From the NCBI GenBank assembly GCA_024137785.1, contig JAHRHZ010000013.1, positions 45,065,674 through 45,129,673 on the forward strand: 64,000 bases of DNA, read 5' to 3'. A program made the position numbers and the translations under genes. The stretch's first letter is position 1. Every line of letters starts with the position of its first letter. This DNA comes from Ginglymostoma cirratum. Taxonomy: Eukaryota. Under the pieces are notes generated by a model. That model had not been told where the DNA came from and ran no database searches. It saw only the letters and a program-made list of their open reading frames with translations. Positions 39,857-53,770 of the stretch are shown here, piece after piece.

Positions 39857-40530
39857 GAGATAGTAGGAACTGCCGATGCTGGAGTCTGAGATAACAAGGT
39901 GTGGAGCTGGATGAACACAGCAGGCCAGGCAGCATCAAAGGAGCAGGAAAGCCGATGTTTTGGGTCTGGACCCTTCATCAGAGATGGGGGAGGGGAAGGG
40001 GGCTCTGAAATAAATAGAGAGAGGGGGAGGCGATGATAGAAGGTGGATAGTGGAGCAGATAGGTGGAGAAAAGATGGACAGGTCAAGGAGGCAAGGATGA
40101 AGCTAGTAAAGGTGAGTGTAGGGAGGGAGTTGGGATGGGGGTTGGTCAGTGAGGTGGGAGGAGCAGATAGGTGGGAGAGAAGACAGACAGGTCAAGAAGG
40201 CGGGGACTGGTCTTGGGATGAGGTCGAGGGTGGGGACATTTTGAAGCTTGTAAAGCCCACATTGAGACCATTGGGTTGTAGGTTTCCAAGGTGGAATAGG
40301 AAGTGCTGTTCCTCCAGTTTCCGGGTGGCATCGTTGTGACACTGGAGGCAGCCCAGGATGGACATGTCACCCAAGGAGTGGGAGGGGGAGTTGAAGTGGT
40401 TCGCGACTGGGAGGTGCAGTCGTTTGTCCCAAACCAAGCGTAGATGCTCCACAAAGCGGTCTCCAAGCCTCCGCTTGGTCTCCCTTACGTAGATGAGGCC
40501 ACACCGGGAACAGCGGACACAATAGACACA
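39857..40530 (-). mobile_element. 5'-truncated Penelope-like element with GIY-YIG fragment and mutated hammerhead (39954-39981)
   Basis: VYCVRCSRCGLIYVRETKRRLGDRFVEHLR..VANHF..LGNLQPNGLN; CUGAUGA-aggguccagaccc-AAAA-CAUC. Confidence 0.88.
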
Positions 40531-41272
40531 ATAACATGTCTGAACATCTTGATTTAAATAACTACAAACTAGAGGGGCATGCATTTCATTCTGGGTTGGT
40601 GTTGCTCAAGCTGTGCCACAGATATGTAGCTCCTCGTAATCCTGAGAATCTAAAGTTCGAATAGTATGCACAGTCCCAGCTGAAAGCTGCTGATAAATTA
40701 GGCAAAGCAATTCAGCCATTTCAATGTCATCAAAATGAATAAACATACATGGATGTCCTCATTTCTTCCTTTGGACTTTTTGGACTTAAGTGGAATTTAT
40801 TGTGTGGGAAGACATTAGCACTCAGTCTGTGGAACTAAAATCCCTGCAAGTGGCTCTAAATTTTCACCATCCAGCTTCCCTCCCGAACACATCTCGGAAT
40901 ACTCCCTTGATGGAAATTGTTGGTAGGGATTGGGCTGGATTCAAACGGACACGTGCCAATTGGACTCTTCAGTAGCCACTGAAAGGGAAGCTTCCATTAA
41001 AATTGGGTGAGGAAATCCAGGTACTGTTCCTCTTGGAACTTCAACATCCAAGCTGGGGCAAAACAAAACCAGATATTCTGCTAGAATGTCGCTGACCTGA
41101 AATATTAACTCTGTTTTTCTGTCTTCCCACAGACGCAGTCTTCACCCAATGACTATTTCTGGCATTTTAGCTTTTATTTTGTTCAGGAATGATTCCGAGA
41201 GGAATTTCTTCACACTAATGGTAGTGAATATTCTGAACTCTCCTCTGCAAGAATCTGTTCATGCTAATCAAT

Positions 41273-41421
41273 NNNNNNNNNNNNNNNNNNNNNNNNNNNN
41301 NNNNNNNNNNNNNNNNNNNNNNNNNNNNNNNNNNNNNNNNNNNNNNNNNNNNNNNNNNNNNNNNNNNNNNNNNNNNNNNNNNNNNNNNNNNNNNNNNNNN
41401 NNNNNNNNNNNNNNNNNNNNN
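41273..41421. other. Assembly gap (others at 10666-10817, 36055-36154, 63911-63920)
   Basis: Runs of N. Confidence 1.
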
Positions 41422-41929
41422 TTTATGGAATGAAAATGAGGGAGCTCTTTGAGAAACAGATCTATCATTTAACTCAGCTGAGGAAAAGACTGAATGGCCT
41501 TCTCTTGCTTCTGTGGTCTCTCTCATTTACCACAAAAATCAGCAGCACTTTCTTAGTTGTTGGCACTAACTATTATGGCTCTGATGTTCTGCCATATCAT
41601 GAGCGGTATGTACAAAACACCACAACACTTTGCAAATGGGTTGACTTTGTTTACATTTCCTTATTTCATGGGATGTGGCTATGACTGGCAAGGTCAACAC
41701 TGGTTACCCATGTCTTGTGAGTCATCCCTTCATAAATTTTTATGACAATTGATGATTGTTTCACAGATATTACTACCATGGATTAGCTTTCAATTCTAGA
41801 TTATTTTTCTAATTAATTGAATTTAAATGCTACAAACAATGATGGTTGCAACTGAACTTCTACAACTTGTCTTAGCCTCTGGATTATTACTCCAGTAATG
41901 TTACCATTAAATACTTTCTAAATCAACAT

Positions 41930-42600
41930 GTTCAGAGATGTTACTGCACATTTTTGGAGGAGGCAGGACTTGAACCTGGGCTTCCTGGCTCAGAAAGGAC
42001 ACTAACACTGCCCACAAGATCCCTCAAAAAGGTACCTTCAGTGTGTGGTTGCCTGGTTTGCTGACAATTCAGTGAATTCTACAACACTGAAGAGGTTATA
42101 GTTTTTTTTTAAAATCAACTGTTCAGATCCACTGGAGCAGGTGGGACTTGAACCCAGGCTCAGAAGTAGGGACACTAACACTATGCCACAAAAGTCCTTG
42201 CCATGAGGACTGTATCATAATCTTCTATTCCCACTAGCTGGTGCAATTAGTTCAGTTCTGGAACATTGCACTTGAACACATACACACCAATTTATCAACA
42301 AAATGTGGCAAATGTGGCTAGGAGTATAGTAATCAGCTGATCTCAACTTTCCTGAATTTAACCTTCTTTGAAAAGAGAATAACATTGCACAATTATGGCT
42401 GCACACATCCTCTATCTTTATTATGCAAAATGCATTAAAAATTTATGTTCAGCTACATTCTGTTCCTAGGTTCCCATTACCAAGTACGCTTTATTATGAG
42501 GACCTTGTAACTCAGTGGTAGTGTCCCTACCTCTTTACAAGGAGGACTGAGTTCAGGTCCTTCCTGCCCTACAGGTGTATCATTTCAGGATGATTAAAAA
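41930..42600. mobile_element. Cluster of tRNA-derived SINE heads (minus 41930-42025 and 42120-42200; plus 42499-42600)
   Basis: Repeated ggacttgaacc..ggctcaga..ggacactaacact..ccacaa. Confidence 0.6.
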
Positions 42601-43139
42601 TAATTCACAACTTCATAGCTTTATCCACAGAAAGACAATTCAAAGTGGTTGAGCATATGACAGTAGCAATAGAGCACAGCATATTGGATTCTGTGACATC
42701 ATGCCATTACGAAGTATGTAAACTGAACTAAGATAACACCAGTCCTAGACAATGACATCTTTTGGTAAAGAGGTGCAAGACAAGGCAGTGTTGGTAAAGT
42801 AGCAAGGCTGAAGGTAATTCCAATTTGGTGGCTGCATATTATGATATTTGCACTGTTTATTTTCTACAAAATTAATGAATTTGCCATGTACATTTTAGGA
42901 TGACATTGGGTGTTGTGAATTGAGGCAGCAGAATAGGAATACTCATAATCAATACACATATGTTAAGATTACATACTAATATAAACGAAATATGTCAAAG
43001 GCTTGCTTGTCATTCTCTGCATGTCACAAATTTAACATGGCTTAGTCAAGATAAGGCATTTAAGTTTTCACTCAGTTACAATATTCTAAGAATAAATCAA
43101 CAGACCCAGCAGTTACAAATATAAAGCATATCAACTTAC

Positions 43140-43277
43140 ATTAACTTTGAAGCTCTGCAAATTTCCATCAAGGAACTGGACATTACAGATGATCTCTGAC
43201 CGATGCTTGTCTCTTGGTATTTCAAAAGCACGTGTGTGGTTTGTTCTCCCACCCAGCACACGAAATCGTGATGTCAT
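43140..43277 (-). CDS. PTPN3: PTPN3 first coding exon ([46 protein letters not shown])
   Basis: ATG at 43277; 138 nt; donor GTAAGT follows; acceptor ttttatttAG 17 nt upstream of the ATG (exon starts 43294). Resembles the human PTPN3 N-terminus [38 protein letters not shown] as recalled. Confidence 0.95.
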
Positions 43278-43689
43278 CACTATCCTTCCAACACCTAAAT
43301 AAAAATATTAAGAGTAAAGCCAAAAGGTGCAAGTGAAATAAATTCCAATCAAGTTATCAACGCTGAATTAACTTCCTTTAGGTCATAACTTCATTTGTAC
43401 TGAATAGACATCAGATATCTGAAGCTATGCAATCAATAATACTATCCCATTGAACGTATAAATGAACGCTGAGCTGTTAAATGAGGTTTTGCCTAACCTT
43501 TGAAGGTACTTAGTAATTGTAGCACAGCCAATTCAAATTATGATAATTGATACACTCCCACACCCCAACTGCTTGTAATACCATGTTAGGGAAGTTAACA
43601 TGTAGTTTTCAGGTTGGGTTGTGGGTGGGGGTGGTATGTTTGGATAGGAGAATCATTGAATCAAGGCACATAGATATCATTTGGGGTAA

Positions 43690-45890
43690 AAACGCATTAA
43701 TGGTAAATGTCACTAGGCTAGTAATCCAGGGCCTAGGCAAATGCTTCAGGAACATGGGTACAATTCTCACCTTGGCAGCTGATTGAATTTAAAATTCAAA
43801 CTTAAAAAGTCTGATGTTGAAAGCTAGTTCCAGTAGTTACCACTATCAAATATCATTTATTATTTTAAGTACTTATCCGATTCACAAATTAGGGAAGGAA
43901 ATCAGTCATCCTTACCTGGTCTCACCAACATATGACTCTAGATCCACAGCAACATGGTTGAACTACAACACCCGTACCCAACTGGCAATACAGAAAGCCA
44001 GCCAGGTATGCTCTGTCCATAAAAAGCATTACAAATCCTATCTGGCCAATTGCTGTCCCAACAGTCCAAACTCAATCAGCAGCAGAGTGATAGAAGGGGT
44101 CCTGAACAGTGCTATAAAACAGTAGTTACTTTGTAATAGCTTGCTCACTGATGCACAGGTTGGATTCTGCTAGGCCACTCTGCTCCGAACCTCATTACAG
44201 CTTTGGTCTAACCATGAGCAAAAGAGCTGAATTCCAGAGGTGAAGTGAGAGTGACAGCCTTTGACTCAAGGCAGCACTTGACCAAGTATAACTTTAAGGA
44301 ACGTTAGCAAAACTGGAATCAATGAGAATTGGAGGAAACTCTTGACTGGTTGGAATCATATCCAGCATAAAAGACAATGGTTGTAGTTCCTGGAGGTCAG
44401 TCACTTCAGCTCAGGGACATCTCTGCAGGGTAGCTCAGCATAGTTTTCTAGGCCCAACAATCTTCAGCTGTTTCATTGACCTTATGATGGATGCAAGGTT
44501 GTTAAAGGGGAGATATTTGCTGAGGAGTGCATAATGTTCAGCACCATTCGAGATACTTCAGACACGGAAGCAGTCCATTTCAAATGCAGAATGACCTGGG
44601 TAATATGCAAGCTTTGGTTGACCAGCGGCAAATGGCAAGTAACATTTGCATCACACAAGTACCAGGCAATGATCTTCTCCAATAAGAGACAATTTAAGCA
44701 GCTTGACATTCAATGGCATTATCATTGCTGAGTCTCCCACCATCAACATTATGGGATTACCACTGACTCTAGACTTAACTTGCTGATGCAAACAGTGGCC
44801 AGAAGAACAGGTCCAAGGCTAGGAATTTGGCAGTGAGTAACAAGGCATAAGTTAGAAGGATGATGAAATACTCTGTTCGTTTGGATGAGAGCAGTTCCAA
44901 CAATGTTCTAGAAGCTCAACACTACCCAGGCCAGAGTAGTGTGCTTGTTTAGCAGACCAAGCATGACCTCAATCATTTATACCTTCCACCACCAGCATAC
45001 AGTGGCAGATGTGTGTATTGTATACAAATGCACTACAGCAACTCAACAAGATTCCTTTATCTTCACCTTCTAAACTCAAGACTGGAAGCACCTTGAAGGA
45101 CAAGGGCAACAGATGAACGGGAACATGAACACCTGCAAATTCCTCTCCAAGCCAAACCATTCTGTCTTAGAATTGCATCTGCATTTCTCATGGGCACTGT
45201 ATAGAAATCTTAAAATTACCTTCCTAACACCACCTTAGATTTTATTACACTACATGAATTGCAACAGCTCAGAAAGGCTGTTCACTCCTACCATCTCCAG
45301 GACACTTTCAAGGGCAATTAGGAGTACACAACAAATACTGGCCATGCTCATGATGCCCATGTTCTATGATGAAATTAAAAAATTCTTAATTGTCCTCTAA
45401 ACTGGCCTACTAAGCCACTTAGCTTAAAGGTAATTAGGGACAAACAACAATTGCTGACCTTGCTAACGATGTCCTAATCCCAAAAGGAATAATGTCTTTA
45501 AAAAGGTTTTTAAATCATCCATTCTATCATCAAAAAACTCTGTTGGTCTTGACTCTGTAGTATATAAGGGGTATTATCGCTAGACCATTAACCCAGAAAC
45601 TGATGTTCTGGGGACTTGGGTTTGAATCTGCCATGGCAGATGGTGGAATTTGTATTGGAATTAAGAATCTGATGACCATAAAACCATGGTTTTTCTGACA
45701 ACTGACAATCTGGTTCACTAATGCCTTTCAGGGAAGGAAATCTGCCACTCTCACCTGGTCTGGCCTATATGCAACTCCAGACCCCCGGCAATGTGGTTGA
45801 TTCTCAACTGTCCTCTAGTCAGTTGGGATGGGCAATAAATGCTGACCTAGCCAGCAACGCCCTCATCTTGTGAATGAACGGACAAAAATC
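43690..45890 (+). mobile_element. SINE fragment, LINE RT remnant (43980-45380) and SINE (45565-45890) sharing a 3' tail
   Basis: ALDSKAALDQV-like and IFAEEC.MFSTI RT motifs; shared tail gggcaataaatgctg..ctagccagc. Confidence 0.7.
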
Positions 45891-48659
45891 AAGAAAACTT
45901 GTGTTTAGAAATATAGAGACCATATAATGCAAAGGAATAATTGAAAGAGGGAAAATTGGGCTACAGAAAGAAAGACAGCATGCTCTCTCAAATTGGATGT
46001 CAGGTTTCCTGCATTACAATATTCACCCCCACCACAGGCCAGTCAAGGAGGCAAGTCCTGAATCCATCCCAGATCGATTCACATTAGCAGTCCAAGGAAT
46101 ACAAGTTGCTTATAAAAAGTGTATGCTGTTAGAGCATGTTATAGTCTGGAGCTAAGAAGTAGAGGCTCCAAGTTCTTTCCGTCAACTGGTTGACTAGGAC
46201 TTGCTCCTGCTTTTAGTGCCTGACATTGACATGTACTTGAAGGGCCTACATGTTGACATTCAACCTGTTTGACTGCATTGTCAAAACATTTTTGTTGGAT
46301 ATCAATTGCTGGCGTGGGATTTGAACCTGGTGTTTCTGGTTCAGAGACAGGAATGCTACCTGTTGTTTGACAAGAGCTCCTCAAAACAAAGACAACTTGA
46401 AAATATTTTATTGAATATAAAATGCTTTGGAACATCCTAGATCATGGAAAGCACAAAGTAAACAGTAATCTTTCCCCCCCTCCCCCAGTACTCCACTCTC
46501 ATAATTCTAATTAGACATTTCACATTACAGTCAAAGCAGATACCCAAAATTTTGTTACTTAGTGCTGTTTTTGACAGTGAAGTTGCTTCCTAATTCCCAG
46601 CCGCTAATATTTATGAACAACCACCACAGAAACACCTGCAATGAAATAACCAGAGACCAAAGTCTAGCATCGATCTTGAAAATAATTCCATCTACAGAAA
46701 TGAAGCTAAGATTTTATCTGCAAATGAGTATAATAGTACATGAGGAACTGGGCCAATGCTCTGGAGATAAACATTAGAGATCCTAGCAGGTTGTAATTAG
46801 AGGTTAAAAGCAATGCATGAGCATACAAGTTCAACCAGGCAGGTTAATGGAATTAAAGCTAAAAGTTTGTAGGTACAAATGGGAGCCAAATAGAATAGGT
46901 GCTTCCTCTTCCTGTTGCTAGGTTCCAAACAGCTAACTCATCCAAGTTCTGACATCATGCAGACAAGCAGTCCTTGAATAAATGATGTTGGCAGACAAAA
47001 ACAGCACATGGAAGTTGACTTACCGATGATGCTTCCGTGGAGATAAACAGAAAAGAGAACCATTACTGGAGATATTGAGCATATGAAGGTGATTATGCAA
47101 CACAGGTACAGAAAATCAAACTGTCCAACAAAGCTTTAAAAAAAGCATACAAAAATGTAAAGTTAAAAGCATAGATCCTGGTGAATGAGAAAGATACAAA
47201 AAGCAGCAAAAGGTGACAAAAAACTAATAACTTGAGTTGAGTTATAGAAAGAACTTGAGTTATAGAAAGGAAGTATGAAAAGAAACTAGCAAGGAACATC
47301 AAAAATTATCACAAAACATTTTTAAAACAACATTAGGGAAAAGAGGATGGACAGAAAAAATGTGAATGCCTTAAAATGATAATGGTGAGGTTGTCAATCA
47401 AAATAAGGAATAACAAACATGTTGAATAATTACTTTCTGTCAGTATTTACAGTAGAGGACAGTATGCCAGACATCACAAGGAAACTATTAATGAATCAAG
47501 GACAGGGACTCCAAAAAAATGTAAATAATATAACAGCAATGAAGTAATTCATGGGAATAAAAATGGCAAACACCCAGGACCAGATGGTTTCCATCCTACA
47601 GTTTTAAAAGGTGAGAACATTGAAAGAATATCATTAGTGTCTGCAAATTTAATTGAACTTAAGGATTATTAAAGTGTAAAAATAGTTCATTTCCAATGAA
47701 AATAGTTCATTTTAACTGCTACACTTTAGTTTTCAGGGGCTTTTTCCTTAGTCCTCCTGTGGACTGTTGAGGTCACAGCTAATGCATTTTTGTTGTGTAC
47801 GCACAAAGCAATAAGATTTCAAGCAGTTTTTGCACCATTCACTGTATTAAGACAGAAGGAGGATACACAAAAAGATTCCTTGGACATACCTAGTCTAGTT
47901 TTTCAAGAAAGTTTTCATTACAAAATAGGTCAACACCAAGACCACTATTTCACCATTAATTACAACATACTGCGCAATGACCCAACAAAGTGGCTAAGAA
48001 GTTTTCTGAAAAAGAGGGACTATCAGGTTTTGAAGGAGACCAAAACTTATGTAATTTAACAGTCAGCAGCAGATGGAGGACACACGGAATCTTATTTCCC
48101 AAACCCTACAGTCTTTGTCTCTCATTGCCTTGAAAATTCTACCGCTTCCTCACTACCAACCTTAACTGGTCCGGACTCCAGACACAGTAATTTGGTTGAC
48201 TGTAAATGCACTCAAATTACTCAGTTGTATCAAACTGTTAAGAGTTTTCAAAAACAAAAGGGAATGAATGGATGGTCAACCAAGGACACAGTGTTAAAGT
48301 TCTCATCAGGTTCTGGGAGGCAAGTCTCACAATCAAGACAGCTATCTCACAGACTAGCCAAGTAACAGCTTCACAAAATCATACCCTACAGACAATATCT
48401 CAGATAAGACCACCAATGACCCTGGGAATGATCTGTCCCAATGGTAGAACAGACCCAGCACAGGCTCCTGTCCACATTCAGGACAGAGTTGCCCTGATAG
48501 TCTTCAGCATTGACTCCAGCTCCCATGCTTCCAAATCCAGTCAAACACTGGCAAAGAAATCTGCTGACAAACAGCAAGTAATGTTCACAGCACTTAAGTG
48601 CTAGGCCATGATCATTTTCAATGAGGGAATCTAATCGCGACCCTATGATATTCAATAGC

Positions 48660-50025
48660 ATAATCATCTCTAAATGCCACTGGGTCAAAATCCTGGAATA
48701 CTCTTTCTAAGGGAATTAGGGAATTGTGGGTCAACCTACAGCATTATGCAGTGGCTTAAGGTGGTAGTTCACCACCACCTTCTCAAGGGCAACTAGGGAC
48801 CAACAATAAATACTTGCCAGCCAGTGACGTCCAAGTCCCATTAATGAAGAAAAATAAAATCCTCCACTGCCAACATCCTACAGGTTACCCTTGACCAGAA
48901 ACCAAACTGGACTAGCCATATTATTGTTAATATAGCAGGTCAGAGGTTAGGAATCCTCCAATGGGTAATGTGTCTCCTGATTCACCACAGCCTGTCTAGC
49001 ATCTACAAGGCACAAATCATGCATATGATAGAATACTTCCCACTTGCCTGGATGGCAGAACATTAACAACAGTCAAGAAGCTTGACACCATCCAGGACAA
49101 ACAACTCTCCTGATTAGTATCACATCCACAAACATTCATTCACTCCACCATTGAAACTCAGTAGCAGCAGTGTAATGCTGTGAAACTTGAAAAGGCTTAG
49201 AAAGGATTTACAAGGATGTTGCCAGGGTTGGAGGGTTTGAGCTATGGGGAGAGGCTGAATAGACTGGGGCTATTTTCCCTGGAGCAGCAGAAGCGGACAT
49301 TGTAGAAGTTTATAAAATCATGAGGAGCATGGATAGGGTAAATAGACAAGGTCTTTTCCCCGGGAATGGACTAGGGGTGGAGGGGGGTCCAAAACTGGAC
49401 AGCATACATTTAAGGAGAGAGGGGAAAAATTTAACAGGGACCTGATGGGCAACTTTTTCACAGAGGGTGGTGCCTGTATGGAACGAGCTGCCAGAGGAAG
49501 TGGTGGAAGCTGGTACAATTACAACATTTATAAGGCATCTGGATGGGTATACGAGTAAGAAGGATTTAAAGGGATATAGGCCAAATGCTGGCAAGTGGGG
49601 TTAGATTTAATTCGGCTATATGGTTGGCATGGACAAGTTGGTCCTAAGGATCTGTTTCAGTGCTGTACATCTCTAAGACTATCTACACAGCAGAAATTCA
49701 CCTACACTGCTTAGACAGATCCTTCCAAACCTATGACCTCTATCCACCTAGAAGTACAAGAACAGCAGATATATGGGAACACCGTCACCTGCAAGTTCCC
49801 CTCCACGTTAGTCATCATTCTGACCTAGAAATACATCACCCTTCCTTCAAACTTGTTGGGTTAAAACTGTGGAACTCTCTCCCAAACAACATTGTGGGGC
49901 ATCTATACCAAATGCACTCTAGCAGTTCAACAAGACAGCCCACCACCACCTTCTCAAAGGCAACTAGAGATGGGTAATAAATGCTGGTCTAGCCGGCAGC
50001 ACACACGCCACATGAATGAAGAAAA
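48660..50025 (+). mobile_element. LINE 3' region with nested CR1 (49170-49680)
   Basis: The host LINE resumes after the CR1 3' end (GLEGLSYGERLNRLGLFSLE..WNELPEEVVEAGT). Confidence 0.75.
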
Positions 50026-50049
50026 ATTAGTCCAATATCTGTTCTCGTC

Positions 50050-53000
50050 AAGCAGCTGAAATTTATAATTAAATATAGAGTGCCAGAACACCTGAAAAAC
50101 TTTCAGCTGATAAGAGACAGCATGAATTTTCAAAGGGTAGGGAAGGCTTGATGAATTTGATTACATGTTCTGAAGAGGGGACCCAAAAAAAGTGGACAGA
50201 AAAATGTCTATGAATGTTATTTGTGAATTTCCAGAAGAATTTGATAATTTCCGTCAAAGACAATTAAAGTTAAACTTCATGGAGTTGAATGCAAATAATC
50301 AACATGATTGGGAATCTGGCTACATGGAAGAATGCAAAGGTATAACTGGCAAGTACTCTGATTGGCATGGTGTGATTAGTGGTGTCCCGTAAGGTTCCAT
50401 ATTCAGGTCTCAACTACTTATTATACTCGTTAATGGCTTACATAATAGAACACAAAACCCACATAACCAATTTTAACAATGACACTAAGACAGACAGTAT
50501 TGCAAGCAATGTAGACAGAAGCAAAACGTTACGAAGAAATACTGATGGGTTTAATTAAATGGAAAAAACTACATCAAATGTATTTCAATGTACACAAACT
50601 AGAAGTCATTCTTTGATGAACAAACAGAATAAGTTAATTTCCAAATGGTGAAAAGCTAGAAACAGTGAAAGTTCCAAGACACTTAGCAATCTAGATACAC
50701 AGATCGTTTAAGTTATATGATTTGCAACAAAAAGTATTCAGAAGGGTAGATGGAATGCTAGCTGTTACATTCTAGACAACTAGAATACAAGAGATAGGAG
50801 TCATGGTTCCAATATATAAAGATCTGGTTAGACCACACCTGCGTACTGTAAACAGGTCTGGGCTGGTAGATTACTAAAATGGTAGCTGGACTCTAAGGGT
50901 TAAGCTATAAAGGGAGGTTACATAAACTGGGACTCCAATTTCTGGAATATAAAAAGTTAAAGGGGTGATTTCTTCAAGATATTAGCCAGAACAGTTTACA
51001 GAATCACGGAATTATTACAGTGCAGGAAGTGGCCATTTGGCCCATCATGTATGCACTAGTTCTATTATCTAATGCCAATCCCCAACCTTTACCCCATATT
51101 CCTGCACACCTTACAAACTTTTAAAAAATCCTCGAATGCCTCAATTCAACCTGCTTCCACCACATTTCCAGGTAGTGTAATCAATATCCTATCTTTGTGA
51201 GAAAGTGTTTTTTCCTCACATCACTTGTTTCATTTGCATGTCACTTTAAATCTGGGCCCTCTCATTCTTGTTTCTTTTATGAGCAGAAACAACTTCATCC
51301 TATCTACTTTGTCCAGTGCTGTCATGATTTTTAAGACCTCAATCTGATCTCCATTCAAATTCCCACCAGGGAGAACAGTCTCAACCTCTTCAATCTATCC
51401 TTAAGGCTGAAATGTCTCACACCTTGAACCATACTAGTAAATCACTTCTGCACTCCACTGCATTCACATATTTCCTATAATGTGGCATCCACACTGCACT
51501 CAAAACTCCAGTTGTGGTCTAACAAGTGTCTTGTTCAAATATAACACCATCTCCTTGTTCTAGCACTCTGTCTCTAATAAAGCCAAGAGTGCTACATTTT
51601 ATTTACGGCTCTCTCCACCTGTTCTGCCACTTAATGATCTGTGCACATATACACCAGGTCCTCCTGCTCCTGCACATCTTTTGGAATTATACCCTCTATT
51701 TTATTATTTTAATAGTCTTCTAACCAGTGCATCACTTCCATTTCTCTGCATTCAGCCTCATCTGCCACCTATTCGCTCATTCAATCAACTTGTCGATGAT
51801 CTTTTGGAGTTCCACACCATCCTCCTCAGTGTTTACAATTCTTCCAAATTTACTGACATCTGTGAACTTGGAAATTGTCCTCTGCACACCAAGACCCAGA
51901 TCATTAACATACATCAGGAAATGTAAGGGTCTCAGTACTGACCCCTGTGGAACTCCACTACAAACTTTTCTCTATCCTGAAAAATGCCCATTGACCATTA
52001 ATCTCGTGTTATATCATTCAACCAATCCCATAACCACATTGCCACTGTCCCTTTCATACCATGACCTACAAATTTGATCAAGTCTACTGTGAAGCACTGT
52101 ATCAAATGCTTTCTGGAAATTCATCTTTACCATGTTTTAAACTGTTACACATTTTGTTACATCTTTCGAAAACTGTAACATTTTAGTAAAATATGATTTC
52201 ATCTTTGCTAAGGCTTCCTAATCAACCCATCTTTTTTGACATGACCACTGATTCTATCCAGAGTAATTGTTTTCATAAGTTTCTCCGCTACCAAAATTAA
52301 ACTAACTGGTTTGTAATTGCTGGGATTAGTTTTACAAATTATTTTGAACACTGTATAACTTTGGTAATTTTCTAGCCTTCTGGAACCTCCCTAGAGTCCA
52401 GGGAATACTAAAATGTCATGGCCAGTGCCTCAATTTCCACTTCCTTCAAAATCCTGGGATGCCTCTCATCCAGTCTCAGTGCCTTGTTAACTTTAAGTGC
52501 CAAAGTCTATTCAAGACCTCTTCTTGACTAATTTTGAACTCTTCTCATGACAAGATTTCTTCCCCTTTCACCATTGCCTTGGCAGCATCCTCCTCTTTCA
52601 CAAAGAGGGATATAAACATTTACTATTTCATACATGACCCCTACCTCTGGCAGAAAATCCTCTTTTTGACCTCTGATCGGCCCCTTCTCCTCCTTTAACC
52701 ACTTTTACTGTTTATATGCCAATTACAGCAGACTAACACAAACTATTTCTGCTAGTCAGGGAATCCAGGGCTACGTGGCATAGTCAAAACATTGCAGCCC
52801 AGACCTTTCAGGCATGAAACTGGGAAATACTTTCTTCCACAGAATGGTGTATGCTTGGAACTCTCTTCTGAAAATAATGATCGGTGTTAAAACAATTGTG
52901 AATTTTAGAACTAAAATACATAGAATTTTGTTGGCCAAATATATTTTAAAAGATATGGGGCAATGACAGTATGGAATTTCACCACCGATTAGTTATGGTC

Positions 53001-53770
53001 TCTTTGAATAAGGGTGTATGCTAAAGGAACTAAATGCTTCACTGTTCATTTGAAAATATGGGGAGGTGGTCATCCACTGAGAAACAGTCACCATTGAAAT
53101 AGCTTACAACCACATAGATGATCCAATGTAAGACCAGTGCTCAAAAGTAAGAGTTCAGTATAAAAGTTATAAAACCACATTCTAAATATTCATCAAAAGC
53201 ACTATTAATATTTGACACAACTTGAAAGAACTCTAAACTGCAAGGGCAGTGCAGAACTCTAGAATGACAGACAAATTGGAGGAGTGGGCAATAGGTGGCA
53301 AATGCGTTGTACTTGAACTTGTATAAATTGTTTGGTAGATCTCAGCTGGATGACTGGTTATAGTTCTGGACGTCACATTGTAGGAAGAATGTGAATGTAC
53401 TGCAGAAGCAATTCCACAAAATGGTTCCATAGATGAAGTTATGAGGATAGATTGAAGAAGTTGAGACTGCTCTCCTTGGAGAGAAGGTTAAGACAACATT
53501 TGATGTGGGCTTTAGACTTCACAAGCAGGCTGAATAGAATAGATAGAAGCTGTGCCTACTCATGAAAGGAACAAAAATAAAAAGGGCATAGATTTGAAAG
53601 TGATCTGCAGGAGAAGCAAAGGTGTAGTGAGGAAAATTTTTTTCACTCAGCGAGTAGTTAGGGTATGGAACGATGGGGAAAAAGGAGACTGGCGTTAGGT
53701 AACAATACCTGTTTAATGAGCTGATGCAGATGGGCCAAATGGCTCCTTCTGCTTAATAACTTTGCTGTGA
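50050..53770. mobile_element. CR1 (plus) interrupted by an inverted CR1 (51000-52720, minus), then a further CR1 fragment
   Basis: WHGVISGVP; minus-strand SGVPQGSVLRP; the plus element resumes at ~52730. Confidence 0.75.

Noticed and set aside
3836-43277. Calling the gene PTPN4 or an EPB41-family FERM gene
   Set aside because: The linker exons carry PTPN3-specific motifs and lack the FERM-adjacent GSKFRYxGRT motif.
47230-47715. Short direct duplications (ttgagttatagaaag x2; aaaatagttcattt x2)
   Set aside because: Ordinary local slippage duplications in or next to a CR1 remnant.
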